Shown: positions 11,025-23,039, numbered from the stretch's first letter. The stretch is 38,077 nt of DNA from Octopus bimaculoides (GCF_001194135.2 NC_068984.1:52589223-52627299), one strand, 5' to 3'. Notes: generated from the letters alone by a model not told the origin. A program made the numbers and translations.

Positions 11025-12230
11025 AGGAAAAGGGTCTGGAAGCTTAAAGATCCTGCGAATGGAGAGAGAGATTTAGAGACATATTACTCGAAGCCTTTGA
11101 CGAAATAGAAGGGGATATAGCTTCACACAATGTAGCAGACAACTAGAGGTTTCTATGGAATAACCTGCTGAGGGCCACTGACCAGATCTGTGGATGGTGC
11201 AAAGACCCTTCTTGACCCAAAATAATGTGGCGGTGGAACAATGTTGTTGACAGGGCTATAAGACAAAAGAAACAGGCTTGGAAGGACTGGAAGAACGGTG
11301 GTAGCAGGGAATTGTATCAGACTGCCAGAAGGGAAGCTAGGAGACAGGTTTATTTAACCAGAGGGGAAGCAGATAAGAAGATATTTGCCAATGTTCTGCA
11401 CTGTGAGGACCAAAGACTTGAGGTATTTCTTATTGCAGGTTGGAGTTAACAAGCATCAGATGTGGTGTGCAAGAGAGACAACTGAGCTGGTATGGTTATG
11501 TGACGAGAATGGATGAGGATAGTTATGTAAAACAAGTGCCACACCCTAGCAGTTGAGGGAACCTATGGAAGAGGTAGACCCAGGAAGACCTGAGATGAGG
11601 TGGTGAAGCCTGACCTTCGAACATTAGGTCTCACTAAGGCAATGGCTAGTGACCAAGACTTTTGGAAATATGCAGTGCGTGAGAAGACCAGGCAAGCCAA
11701 GTGAGACCATAACCCGTGTCCTATGCCAGGGGTGTAACCAACCCACTTATGTGTACCTTTCCTTCATTAGACACTAAAGTGAAATCGAAATCAAATCAAA
11801 TTCGCAAATTCAATGACTGGCATCCGAACGTGATCACTGCCAGAGCAGCTGACTGGCTTCCGTGCCGGTGGCATGTAGAAATCACCATTCGAACATGACT
11901 GATACCAATGTTGCATTACTGGCACTTGTGCTGGTGGCATGTGAAAAAACTTTCGAGCAAGGTATTTGCCAGTGCCGCTGGACTGGTTCATGTGTAGGTA
12001 GCACGTAAAAAACACCATTGCCAGTACCGCCTGACTGGCCACCGTGCCGGTGGCACGTAAAAGCACCCACTACACTCTCGGAGTGGCTGGCGTTAGGAAG
12101 GACATCCAGCAGTAGAAACTCTGCCAGATCAGGTTGGAGCCTGGTGCAGCCATCTGGTTCACCAGTCCTCAGTCAAATCGTCCAACACATGCTAGCATGG
12201 AAAGCGGACGTTAAACGATGATGATGATGA
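11021..12230 (+). mobile_element. RTE LINE with the RT domain deleted
   Basis: The EN-RT linker (WWNNVVDRAIRQKKQAWKDWKNGGSRELYQTARREARRQVY) is joined near 11440 directly to the post-RT C-terminus (RCGVQERQLSWYGYVTRMDED...GRGRPRKT), followed by the 3' UTR and (GAT)n tail. Confidence 0.88.
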
Positions 12231-12359
12231 TGTGTGTGTGTGTATTATATATATATATATATATATATATACATACAATTGAAATTTACAAGAAAACAAA
12301 AGACCGAAGACAGGTGTATGAACAACAAGCAGGTGTGTGTGTGTGTGTATATATATATA

Positions 12360-12735
12360 TAATATGATGGATTCTTTCAGTTTCCATTTACCAAATCCAC
12401 TCACAAGGCTTTGGTCAGCCCTTGGCCATAAAAGAAGACACCCAAAATGCCACACAGTGGGACTGAACTCAGAACTGCACATAGTTGTTCAAGTTTATAC
12501 ACTGGTTATGTTTTGTCCTTTACTTGTTTCAGTCAGTAGACTGCACCCATGCTGAAGTACTGTATTGAAGTGGGGTTTGTTGAACATATTGATTCTTGTA
12601 TGTATTGTTTAAGCCTGGGGCTTATTCTATCACTCTCTTTTGCCAAACTGCTAATTTACAGGGAAGTAAACTGACCAACTTCAGTTGTGACAGGTAAGTG
12701 GGGAACGAACTCAAACACAAAGACATGAACACACT
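12360..12735 (-). mobile_element. SINE family A: 5' half (12360-12485) and 3' half of a second copy (12515-12735)
   Basis: 'ctttcagtttccatttaccaaatccactcacaaggctttgg' and 'tttacttgtttcagtcagtagactgc' blocks. Confidence 0.82.
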
Positions 12736-12743
12736 GATATATA

Positions 12744-13213
12744 CAATAATCACTCGCCATACCATGGTTAACCTATTGCACAACCTCAGTATATCACGGA
12801 TTTTTCTGGCTAATATATGTAAATTTATATCATGGACTCCTCAATATATCACGGGTTTCTGCAGCCCATAAATATTAATATTTTTTAAGATTTTAATTAT
12901 TGCTGTAGTAAAATAAGCATTTTCACATCGAAAAATTAATAAATTAAAATGCAGTACAATATTGCACTGTATAATACATTAATTAAAATATGTTAAAAGA
13001 AAATACGTAGTGTACCATAGATGAGTAAACAAATAATCACAGATACTTTATGGAAAACGAAACTTGGGAGGTAAGTGTGTGGTGTTGTTTTGCATTTATA
13101 ATAAAATAAATATATACAAATTATAAAAATAATAAAAAGATATATACAATGCAGTACTGTTTCTACTTTGTGGATTTTGGAACATAACACCCATGATAGT
13201 CACGGGATTACTG
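12744..13213. mobile_element. Tigger/pogo-type MITE with TA target duplication
   Basis: TA|caataatcactcgccataccatgg ... ccatgatagtcacgggattactg|TA, imperfect TIRs resembling cagtaatccctcg. Confidence 0.7.
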
Positions 13214-13239
13214 TACATACATACATATTTATATGTATA

Positions 13240-14153
13240 TATACTACATATGTGGAAATCTGTGGGTGTGTATGTTTGTGGTGTTGTTATCTAATTCCTC
13301 TTACATTGTTTTATCGATTTTGATGAAACTTGACACGTGGGTAGAACTTGTGTCTGGAAAACTAGTGACATACTTAGATTGTTGAAAAAAATCGATAACA
13401 GGGCCCCTGGAAAGGATTCTTATATCTACTACATATAACTAATATATTATTTTTAAACATCCAAGGGAAATAACCCATTCGCTCCTGAAAGGGATCCTTA
13501 TATATATAGCCAAGGGAAATAACCTGTTCATGTTTGTATATTATTTCATATAAATTAAATTGAGTATGCTTATTTCTTAGTATTTGAACTATTTGAGTTG
13601 TTTTCACAATTTATCCAGTACAACACTTAAACAAGTAAATAGTATTTTCCTAAACAATACATCCACTTATTTTGGTTAGTGTCTTATTCACAAATATACC
13701 AACATTAGCACCACTGTTGGTAATATTCTATGTGAATGCACAAAAGCCTTTTTCAGAGTTATTTATTTTGAATTGTTATTATCTCATATCTGATTAGCAT
13801 GTCATTACGTAACATGCTTCACGATTTTAGTATACATACCTTATTGGTATTTCCTCATAAGTTCTATATACTCTGGGAACATATTAAGGCCCTTTTCAGA
13901 GCTACTTTATTTGAATTCTCACTATCGGGTAATTACTTTCATATTATTACATAGCTGACTTCATAATATGGGTATTCATAACTTATTGAGAATTCCTAAA
14001 CACAAGATTTTGTGTAAGAGAGTTCGGTATTCTCAATAAATGCACAAAAAACATTTTAAGGACTACATACTTTGTATTCTTGTTACTGACTTAGCAAAAT
14101 AATTATGAGAACGGAACCAAGGGATAAGTCCCGCTTTCCCAGGAAATACCGGG

Positions 14154-14157
<4 letters not shown>
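13240..14157 (+). mobile_element. Non-autonomous Helitron-like element with internal diverged tandem units
   Basis: 5' GT-rich tract followed by 'ttttatcgattttgatgaaacttg', a 3' GC-rich hairpin cccgctttcccaggaaataccggg (14130-14153), and three related blocks at 13735, 13878 and 14039. The class is inferred from architecture. Confidence 0.45.
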
Positions 14158-14235
<78 letters not shown>

Positions 14236-14240
14236 TTATT
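14158..14240. repeat. (TA)n microsatellite
   Basis: Direct reading. Confidence 0.97.
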
Positions 14241-14276
14241 TATTTATACACACACACACACATGCATATATAGATA

Positions 14277-14640
14277 TGGGACGTCACCAACAGTAGACAA
14301 CATGAAATACGAAAATAATTGAGTTCAATAGGCAAACAATGAGAGAAACTAATGGAAAACAGGACAAGTAACATAAAGAACGACTCTTCATCAGTTGTTG
14401 GCTGTCTATCTACTCCTCATTTCGAGCATTGAACGACAATATGAGTCTTCGAAGACAGTTGCTACCATAAGTATCAAAATAAAATTTGGGATTTATGGTG
14501 GGTCAAAGTTGGGAACAAAAACAGGACAGTGGAGACATACAAGAAAACCAAACAAAACAAACATGGAGGGTCGTTAGACCAGAAGGAGGGTAAAATAGTG
14601 AACAAATATTTTCTTTGACAAAAGAAAAGGAAAAAGAGAG
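14277..14640 (-). mobile_element. Possible Penelope-like 3' fragment
   Basis: Minus strand contains 'ctgatgaagagtcg' and 'tgctcgaaat' motifs next to a microsatellite. Recognition only. Confidence 0.35.
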
Positions 14641-14644
14641 TGAT

Positions 14645-15337
14645 AGGGGCTTCTTTCAGTTTCTGTCTACCAAATCCACTCACAAGGCTTTGGTTGGCCT
14701 GAGGCTATACTAGAAGACACTTGCCCAAGGTGCCATGTAGTGGGACTGAACCTGGAACCATGTGGTNNNNNNNNNNCAAATCCACTCACAAGGCTTTGGT
14801 TGGCCTGAGGCTATACTAGAAGACACTTGCCCAAGGTGCCATGTAGTGGGACTGAACCTGGAACCATGTGGTTGGGAAGCAGGCTTCTTACCACACAGTC
14901 ACTCATGTGCCTATATATATTCTTTTATTTGTTTCAGTCATTTGACTGCAGCCATGCTGGAACACTACTTTTAGTTGAACAAATCAATCCCAGAGCTTAT
15001 TCCTTGTAAGCCTAGTACTTATTCTACTGGTCTCTTTTGCTGAACTGCTAAGTTACGTGAATGTAAACACACCAGCATCGGTTGTCAAGCAAGCACAGAC
15101 ACACAAATACATATATACANNNNNNNNNNNNNNNNNNNNNNNNNNNNNNNNNNNNNNNNNNNNNNNNNNNNNNNNNNNNNNNNTAGCTTCTTTCAGTTTT
15201 TGTCTACCAAATCCACTCACAAGGCTTTGGTCAGCCTGAGGCTATAGTAGAAGACACTTGCCCAAGGTGCCATGCAGTGGGACTGAACCTGGAACCATGT
15301 GGTTGGGAATCAAGTTTCTTACCAAACAGCCACTTGT

Positions 15338-15383
<46 letters not shown>

Positions 15384-15543
15384 CAGCTATGACAGGTTTG
15401 TTTCAGTTTCCATCTACTGCATCCACTCACAAGGCTTTGGTCACCTGTAGCTATAGATGAAGACACTTGCCTGAGGTGTATCACAGTAAGAAGACCACAC
15501 AGTTGGGGAGCAAGCTGCTTAACCCCACAGCCCAACCTGCACC
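14645..15543 (-). mobile_element. Head-to-tail run of SINE family A copies (5' half, full copy, 5' half)
   Basis: Repeated 'caaatccactcacaaggctttgg...gacacttgcccaaggtgcc' blocks. N gaps lie at 14767-14776 and 15120-15183, the latter at the internal microsatellite position. Confidence 0.9.
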
Positions 15544-16080
15544 TATAGAAAAATAGAATTGGGTCATGGTTAAACATCTCAGAGGCACCATGAAAAACAA
15601 TTAAGTTGGTGCTTATATTTTTAACACAGTATAATGTACTGCTCTAGCTTATCCTTACTACAATAATTTATAACAGTGTTCTCTTATAATTGTAGTCCAT
15701 ATCTACTACTAAGGTCAACCTATACCATTATTATCCAGTTTTCTATGTATGTGTGAAATACCACCAACCAAATGATACTATTACTACATGATCTGTTATT
15801 TAAATTTCCCTTTATAGGTAAATTTCCTTAACTGAATATCTTTCCAGGAGCTTATATTTGACCTCTGTTCTTATGAGTCAGTGGCGAACAAACAGTGACA
15901 AAGGGCATGCCTTTAGCATTTTCCATTTCTCTTCTCAAACAAATGACATGTGGTACTGATATAATGCACCAGACAGATGTATGAACTTTATTCTCAATAC
16001 CCTTTTTCTTTTTTTTTTTTGTAGGTCATTTAACTACGTTAACAAGTATTCTTATTTTCTATATCTGAATTGGCTTTCAG

Positions 16081-16128
16081 TCTATCTCACTGAAACTTAT
16101 GCAACTGAAATACAAAGAAGAAATTAAA
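16081..16128 (+). CDS. Candidate coding exon of an unidentified host gene (SISLKLMQLKYKEEIK)
   Basis: tggctttcag| ... |gtatat flanks, 48 nt, open in one frame only, in repeat-free sequence. The donor is weak and the phase is not compatible with 16369-16440. Confidence 0.25.
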
Positions 16129-16368
16129 GTATATCACTGATTAAATATTTGAAATTTTCATTTTAACATACTGAACAATAGGTAGGTTTAGGTTTGTAAT
16201 CAAATTATTTATCATGTGTGAAAGGATGTACAAAATACTAACACCGTGTAAATTGGTGCACATGTGACAGATAATGTACAACATACTGAATATGTTAGAG
16301 AGAGAACTTAAAATGAAGTGTAATTACATATTAATGTGAGAAATAGTATACATTTTTATTCATGCCAG

Positions 16369-16440
16369 ATAAAACAGAGCTAAACCTATTGCATCAACTA
16401 TGCAACTCATATATAGCTCGAACTGAGGACAAGAACAAAG
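16369..16440 (+). CDS. Candidate coding exon (xKTELNLLHQLCNSYIARTEDKNK), phase 1-1
   Basis: Acceptor tttttattcatgccag|, donor aag|gtaaaa, 72 nt, one open frame, in a repeat-free island. No homolog recognised. Confidence 0.42.
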
Positions 16441-16814
16441 GTAAAAATAAACAGCTAATGCTGGGGGAGTAAACATAGTGTCTATGATAAAAAAAAAATG
16501 AGAGGGAATTCGATCCTCTGAAGAAGGGTACCATTGAAGTAAATGCTTCTATCTGGTTTATACCAACTTGCTGTATCTATTATTAGTCTTTAGTCATTTA
16601 TCTGGGTCATCTACTAAAATAATTTGTAAGTTGCAATTACAGCAATTTATATAATATCTATGCTAGAAACAGGTTCGCAATCTTTAGATTTGTACAGAGA
16701 TAAAAACCAGCATATACTTAAACAGGACACAGAATGACAAATATGTTTTCATTCTTCTTTTTTTTTTGTTTTTTTTTTGTCTTTTTTTGGGGTTTTTTTT
16801 TCTTCTCAGTTTAG

Positions 16815-16855
16815 GTTTAGCAGATGTACTAAAAGGAGAAACACAAGACATATAA
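16815..16855 (+). CDS. Candidate terminal coding exon ((G)LADVLKGETQDI*)
   Basis: A very long T tract (16755-16807) precedes tandem AGs. Use of tttag|gt is phase-compatible with the 16440 donor. Confidence 0.3.
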
Positions 16856-17933
16856 ACATGATGTTAAGTTAATGCAGTTAGTAATCTTAGATTTTCCTTT
16901 GAATTGAAGTCTATGCACTTTATTCCTTGATGTACTTAGGTAATGAATATTTTTGATTTTACACACATGTATAAAATCAACCCTCTGCTATCATGTGCCA
17001 GAGACTTGGATAATCATTCTATAATTAATTCAGATCAAGTAAGATAACATACACAGATATTTATTCCCTACAACGAGATTATGCTCAATATTTATCAAGA
17101 AAATTGAAGAGTGCTCATAAAAATAAGAACATGGCATCTACCACTAGGTAAAAATATTCTACAAGTATGCACATGTATGTATATTGTGATTTTGATATGT
17201 GTGGTGTGGCTCATGGCCTTGCCAATTTCTGTCAAGCCATCCAACCCACACCAACAGGGAAGAGTGACATTAAATGTTGATAATGATGTGTATATGTGTA
17301 TCCAAAGTGAGGGAGTGGAACAGGTAAAATGCAGGTTACATATATTTCTTTGCTAGCTGATCCTCTGATGTAATAATTACTCTACAAGGTGTACTCAACT
17401 TAGCTAATCATCAGGCAGAGAAGGTTGCATATGTTGGACAGTCTGAAAGGAGCTGACCAAGCATGTGTCAGCATTGGTGCTATGTTCTTTGAACATCTGT
17501 GCGAAAGAGTATAGGTACCTAACAAGATTGAAAAGTCACATCTGTGCTGCTTGCATTTAATAGAGCAACAAGTGATGGCAATGTTTGAAATCAAGTTGCA
17601 GCTATCATATACATATATAATTGTGCGATCAAGATAAGAGAATGCGCCCAAAATTAAAGTGTTTGTGTGTACAATTTGTGTCTTGCAAGTAACTTTTTAT
17701 ATTGTCTTTCAGTTAGCAAAAAAAGTAAATTAGTAAAATCTAAAAGGATAAGAAGAAAAAATATTGTTGAGACAGAAAACAAAATGTTGTTGAAACTTTT
17801 ACATGCAGTGTATATAAATACATAGACATACAAGCACGAGTGTGTGTGCGCATGCACATGCATGCATGTGTATGTATGTGTGTGAGTGCATGTATGTGTA
17901 TTGTATGTATATCTATGCAGCTCTATTGTTCAG

Positions 17934-17983
17934 GATCACCTGACTCAACCATGTAATGAGCTGCAGAGGAGACTTGGAGCAAA
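17934..17983 (+). CDS. Candidate exon (DHLTQPCNELQRRLGA), phase 0-2
   Basis: Acceptor ctctattgttcag|, consensus donor aaa|gtgagt, one open frame. It could instead be antisense to an old repeat that ends in the adjacent microsatellite. Confidence 0.25.
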
Positions 17984-18129
17984 GTGAGTGGGTCCATCCT
18001 AATAAAGATTATATGAACAACCCATCTGGACCCTACATAATGCTCTCCATCTCATATATATATATATATATATCTACACAGGTGAGTAGACAAATTTCAA
18101 TACAACACCAAACTCCCTCACTCCTAGCA

Positions 18130-18690
18130 ATGCCATTGCAGCCACACTAGTATACATCTGTCATGCGCATGTACGCAAATACCAAAAGCATGCATATATA
18201 TGTTTACCCACATGCATGCATCAGATGAAAATACATGCATAAACGCATACATCTTCTTCCAGACAAACACACACACATTCATACTTATAAATACAGGAAT
18301 GTACATACTCATGTTAGCCAATCATACACACACACAGACTTCCATACATACACCCTAAACACACATGTGCATACATGCATATGCAGCCAGCAGTAATGCA
18401 CACACACTTATACATGCACACATACACACACAACTGATACACATGCAGCTGATATACACAACTGACACATACACCAACATATTTGCACAGGCAAGTACTC
18501 ACACATGGTTGATTTGCACCTGCACCCATACATACACCCAGTTTAGTAAACGCACACATATGCACCAATGAGCTGATGCCATCAGTTCTCACCCACATGA
18601 CAGCTTACATACATGTGCACCCTTGAACATACATACATGCATAGCAGATACAAACACATAATCATCAGAAACTCACATCTACGCACTCAT
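18130..18690. repeat. Degenerate CA/CATA-rich low-complexity tract
   Basis: Direct reading; it explains the H/T/I-rich and C/V/M-rich ORFs. Confidence 0.85.
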
Positions 18691-19335
18691 ACATCTGGTA
18701 TATACACACTGTTGCCTGCAAGTCCCTTCAAAGACTGGCCAGACAGCAAAGCACCTTCAGCTTGCTATTCAACCATGTGGTCCAAGAAATTCTCCTTTTT
18801 AATGCATCTGGAGTTGCTGAGATGCTGATCTCATTTCTAACAACCCCACGTGACTCATCTTGACCAATTGCAGCCCAGTTTCCAGAAGCCAGCTGGGACT
18901 TCCTGCATATCTCCATTTGGTTCACTGAGCTCAGCGAGCTGAGTTTCTGTGAAGAGCCTAAAAACTTTAAGTCACATGGGGCTAAATCAAACTGTTTTAA
19001 ATAACACACACACACACACACACATTAGCAGGATACTGCTCTGGTACTATGAACAAGTGATTAGAATGTCATAGGAAAGAATTGCAAGACTTAGTTTTGC
19101 CCATGGAGTTGGTAGTAGTAATTTAATTTTAAAATCTAGAAATGGCAAGTTAAGTGAGAGTAGTATTGGCTTAAATCTGAGATTATGTGAGTGCATATTA
19201 GCATGCATGCACATATATGTTGGGCATTTGTAGGATCTAGTAGATGTGTATGCGTGCATGAGTATTTGAATATTATCATGTGCAGATGGGATGTGTGTGG
19301 AGATAGAAAAGTTGCGAAAACTTATACATATAGAT

Positions 19336-19374
<39 letters not shown>

Positions 19375-19404
19375 CACACACATCTTCATACGCACATATA
19401 TGTG

Positions 19405-19540
19405 TGTGTGTATGCATGGTTTTGATTCCTGGACCAGACAATGCATTGTATTCTTGAGCAAAACACTTCATTACACAGATGCTCCAGTCTACTCCATTAT
19501 ATAACTGGAAAATTCCACTCGGTGCAATCTCCTCTTGTTT
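19405..19540 (-). mobile_element. SINE family C fragment (diverged)
   Basis: 'tggttttgattcctggaccag..tgtattcttgagcaaaacactt..tgctccagtctactc' matches 31315-31400; as written this is the same orientation as the + copy, so the strand call is uncertain. Confidence 0.55.
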
Positions 19541-19599
19541 CAGTTGTTGTAGCATGAAGGTGAGATGAAATCCTTCTGGTCATGCTTTCACCACATTGG

Positions 19600-19800
19600 T
19601 TCTGAAGTTGCTTTCAATGTTTAGTATATCATGTCAATCTTTATAAATTCATCAACATCTTCATCATCATCATAATCTGTTGTCAGGGCATAGCCTGTGC
19701 CACTCTAGTGTAGAAACAGATGGATGGTTGACACTGCTTTGTCTCCTAGTAGAGTATTCTTGATGGATTTGTTGACTAAGAACACTGCACCATTTACATA
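19600..19800 (-). mobile_element. Degenerate AP-endonuclease fragment of a non-LTR (RTE-like) element
   Basis: Minus strand YVNGAVFLVNKSIKNTLLG and AYA(L)TTDYDDDEDVDEF resemble the GVGFLV and YAPT..E.D.FY motifs. Confidence 0.7.
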
Positions 19801-19821
19801 GCTGTACCCCTCTTCTTTCCA

Positions 19822-20049
19822 TTAACCCTTTAGCAATCAGATTATTCTGTCAAATGAAATGCTTATTTATTTACATTGCTTGAAATTAATCATGGATTAT
19901 CTTGTATTTTTGAGATTTTAATGATGTAACTGTTTATTTTTAGAACGACGTTATATGGTAGGTGTGAGAGGCAAGATCTGACCTCTTTGAACCTAAAGCA
20001 GATAGAATATTTTGGCCAGATATGGCCAGTTTAAATGCTAAGGGGTTAA
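19822..20049. mobile_element. TTAA-flanked (piggyBac-type) MITE, intact copy
   Basis: TTAA-ccctttagca ... tgctaagggg-TTAA. Homologous copies lie at 23652-25172 and 27993-28661. Confidence 0.85.
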
Positions 20050-20490
20050 GGAAGAGTAAATGTCTTTATTCAGTCTGTATTTCTCCAGTGTTCTTCCCTC
20101 TTGTTTCACAAACCTCAAGGCAATGCCTGTTGTACCCATTGATCTCATGTGTAAGGTCTTTAAGCTTTGAAAATATGGTTCCATGTGGAAATTGTGATGT
20201 TTACTCTGCCACATATTCATATTATTCCTATCAAGACACTATCAGTGCACTTTCCACATCTTCCCTGGTGGAAGATGGATGATGCAGTCACTTAAGGCGG
20301 GCTTCAACTGGTTTCAGATAGACTTACCAAGGGTTTGTTTATCACACAGCATGTTTTGGGCATATAAGTCTGGTGGAACTCATTTCTCTAGCAAGTCTGA
20401 CAGTAACTTATTGTTTACCACTAGATGGCTTGCGTTGGTTGTGAATGCAAGGCCATTACAGTTTATCTAGGAACAATTCTCTCGGTCAGG
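20050..20490 (-). mobile_element. Possible highly decayed LINE endonuclease N-terminus
   Basis: Minus strand INCNGLA..NKLLSDLLEK*VPPDLYAQ resembles the N(C/V)NGL..PD..Q start of AP endonucleases. Confidence 0.35.
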
Positions 20491-21111
20491 GATAATATAC
20501 CAAATACTATGTATATAGTTCCTCTTCCCATAGCTCCTTATACTCAAAATTACTTACATAAAAAAAGCATTGACCTAATAGCCATAGGCACCACATAACA
20601 AGCTACCTAATAGGAAATATGTAACTTATGCTCAAGAATCATTATTTAATGGGAATGAACACTAAATGATAGCAAAGGAGAGAAGGAGGAGTAAGAATTC
20701 ATACAATAAAAAAAAAGTAAGAGGTGGGTAGAGAAAGGGAGGGAGGGAGTGAAAGAGTGAGTTATATAGGAAAAAGGGAAAGAGGGAGGGCATAATGAAG
20801 TCTTGTAGAAGTGTTAGGAGGTGAATGTGTCTCACACATACATCCACCTCCTGAGTTTGTATGTATAAGAGGGAATGAGGGATTGTAAGGAGTCAGTTGA
20901 GAATGGATTATGTATGAGCGTACAGGAGTGTGTGGGAATACCATTGATTTGGTTTAGCAGAATGGGCTTGTATGCATGTGTATGTGTTTTTATGTGTGTT
21001 GATTGCAATGGTGCTGATGAAGGTGTTTAGTAGAGGAAGTAGACTACATACAAATACATGAGTAAAAAACACACAGATCAGTACATAAATTTATATATAA
21101 GTTAATACATG

Positions 21112-21157
<46 letters not shown>

Positions 21158-21574
21158 AATATATTATTTATATACCCCCTGCATTTGCATTCAATCATAC
21201 TTTCACACCCAACCAACTCTTTATTACTCCAACTTCCCTTCCACCCATTCAAGCTCACTCAGACCCTAAATTTTCCTGCTTTACTACTCCTTCCTTCCTT
21301 CCCGCACTTCCTTTCTTACTATATAGCCTCTTTCTTTCTCTTTCTTTCACACCATGAATTTATATCACTGCTCCTTCCTCCAGACACCATATACTATCCT
21401 TTCCAACTAAATAACCGTTTCTTTCACTATTGTTTAATATCTGCCATCAAGGAGCTTATTAGTTCAAACATTCCTAACCTGGAATAACTATATGGAAACT
21501 GTATGGAAGCCTATCATATATCTGTTCACACTCTCCATTTTCTTTATATTATATATATTCTTTTTTTTATATTC

Positions 21575-21958
21575 TTTTTATTTCTTTTAGTCATTTGACT
21601 GTGGCCAAGCTGGAGTACTGTCTCAAGTCAAACAAATCAACCCCAGGACTTATTCTTTGTAAGCCTAGTACTTATTCAATCGGTTTTTTTTGCTGAACCG
21701 CTAAGTTACAGGGATGTAAACACACCAACATTGGTTGTCGAGCAATGGTGTGGGGGGACAAACACAGACACACAAACATATACATATATATATATATATA
21801 CGACAGGCTTCTTTCAGTTTCCATCTACCAAATCCACTCACAAGGCTTTGGTAAGCCCAAGGCTATAGTAGAAGACACTTGCCCAAGGTGCCATGCAATG
21901 GGACTGAACCCAGAACCATGTTGTCGGTAAGCAAGCTACTTACCACACAGCCACTCCT
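21575..21958 (-). mobile_element. Full-length SINE family A
   Basis: Colinear with 8891-9297. Confidence 0.92.
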
Positions 21959-21960
21959 AT

Positions 21961-22130
21961 ATCATCATCATCATCATCATCATCGTTTAACGTCCGCTTT
22001 CCATGCTAGCATGGGTTGGACGATTTGACTGAGGACTGGTGAAACCGGATGGCAACACCAGGCTCCAGTCTGATTTGGCAGAGTTTCTACAGCTGGATGC
22101 CCTTCCTAACGCCAACCACTCAGAGCACTC
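21961..22130 (-). mobile_element. RTE 3' tail with (CAT)n
   Basis: Near-exact reverse complement of 6680-6840. Confidence 0.92.
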
Positions 22131-22164
22131 TATCAGTTATGATGATGGGGGTCCCAACTGATAT

Positions 22165-22499
22165 GATCACTGGAACAGCTTGCTCGTGAAATTAATGTGC
22201 AAGTGGCTGAGCACTCCATGGACACATGTACCCTTAACATAGTTCTCAAGGAGATTTAGCATGACACAGTGTGACAAGGCTGGCCCTTTGAAATACAGGT
22301 ACTACTCATTTTTACCAGCTGAGTAGACTGGAGCAACGTGGAATNNNNNNNNNNTACTACTCATTTTTACCAGCTGAGTAGACTGGAGCAACGTGGAATA
22401 AAGTGTCTTGCTCAAGGACACAACGCGTCACTGGGAATTGTACGCATAACCTTGCGATCGTGAGCCAAATGCCCTAACCACTAAGCCATGCGCCTTCAC
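22165..22499 (-). mobile_element. tRNA-derived SINE, family C
   Basis: Minus strand head gtgaaggcgcatggcttagtggttaggg and core 'gttgtgtccttgagcaagacacttt'. Homologous to 31266-31500. Contains an N gap with an overlap duplicate. Confidence 0.82.
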
Positions 22500-22599
22500 A
22501 CACACATACACACACACATTTATATACATACATACATACATACATACATACATAATACTTAATAGTTGTCATATAGATAAAGACCTTACTCTAGAGCTG

Positions 22600-22795
22600 C
22601 TTCTATTGTGTTTGTCACCCATTGTTGCTTGACAACTGGTGTTGGTTTGTTTATGCGATTCAGCACAAGAGTCCTATAGAATAAGTACCAGCCTTAAAAA
22701 AAATAACTACTGAGGTCAATTTGTTTAACTAAACTCTTCAAGAAAGTGCCCCAGCATGACCACAGTCCAATGACTGAAACAAGTAAAAAAAAAAT
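22600..22795 (+). mobile_element. SINE family A, 3' half
   Basis: 'gcttgacaactggtgttgg...ccccagcatgaccacagtccaatgactgaaacaagtaaaa'. Confidence 0.82.
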
Positions 22796-23039
22796 TTTAA
22801 ATGAAAGATACATATAAGAGGAAGAAGACAAAGATTGAATGTAACACAACTTTATTATCAATTACAATTGTTTCTGTACTACTTCATTTCTAGCCACATT
22901 GTTCATAAGTAATTCCATGTGAAAGATAACATAATATGCATGGTTGAATATACCTGAATGGCACTTCATCAGACTAGCATTCAGTTATACCTTTTTACAC
23001 TGAATTCAACGCCAAGAGGCATAAATGAATGCTATTAAT

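Noticed and set aside
11810-12070. Repeat-spacer pattern resembling a CRISPR array
   Set aside because: The units are degenerate, the spacers are related to each other, the context is a eukaryotic LINE 3' UTR, and there are no cas genes.
14671-14872. 96-bp exact direct repeat
   Set aside because: The two copies sit on either side of a 10-N gap, so this is an unmerged contig overlap.
18960-18990. DLAPCD motif suggesting mariner
   Set aside because: Neighbouring residues do not continue the mariner pattern and there is no TIR.
22300-22399. 45-bp exact direct repeat
   Set aside because: It flanks a 10-N gap and is an assembly artefact.
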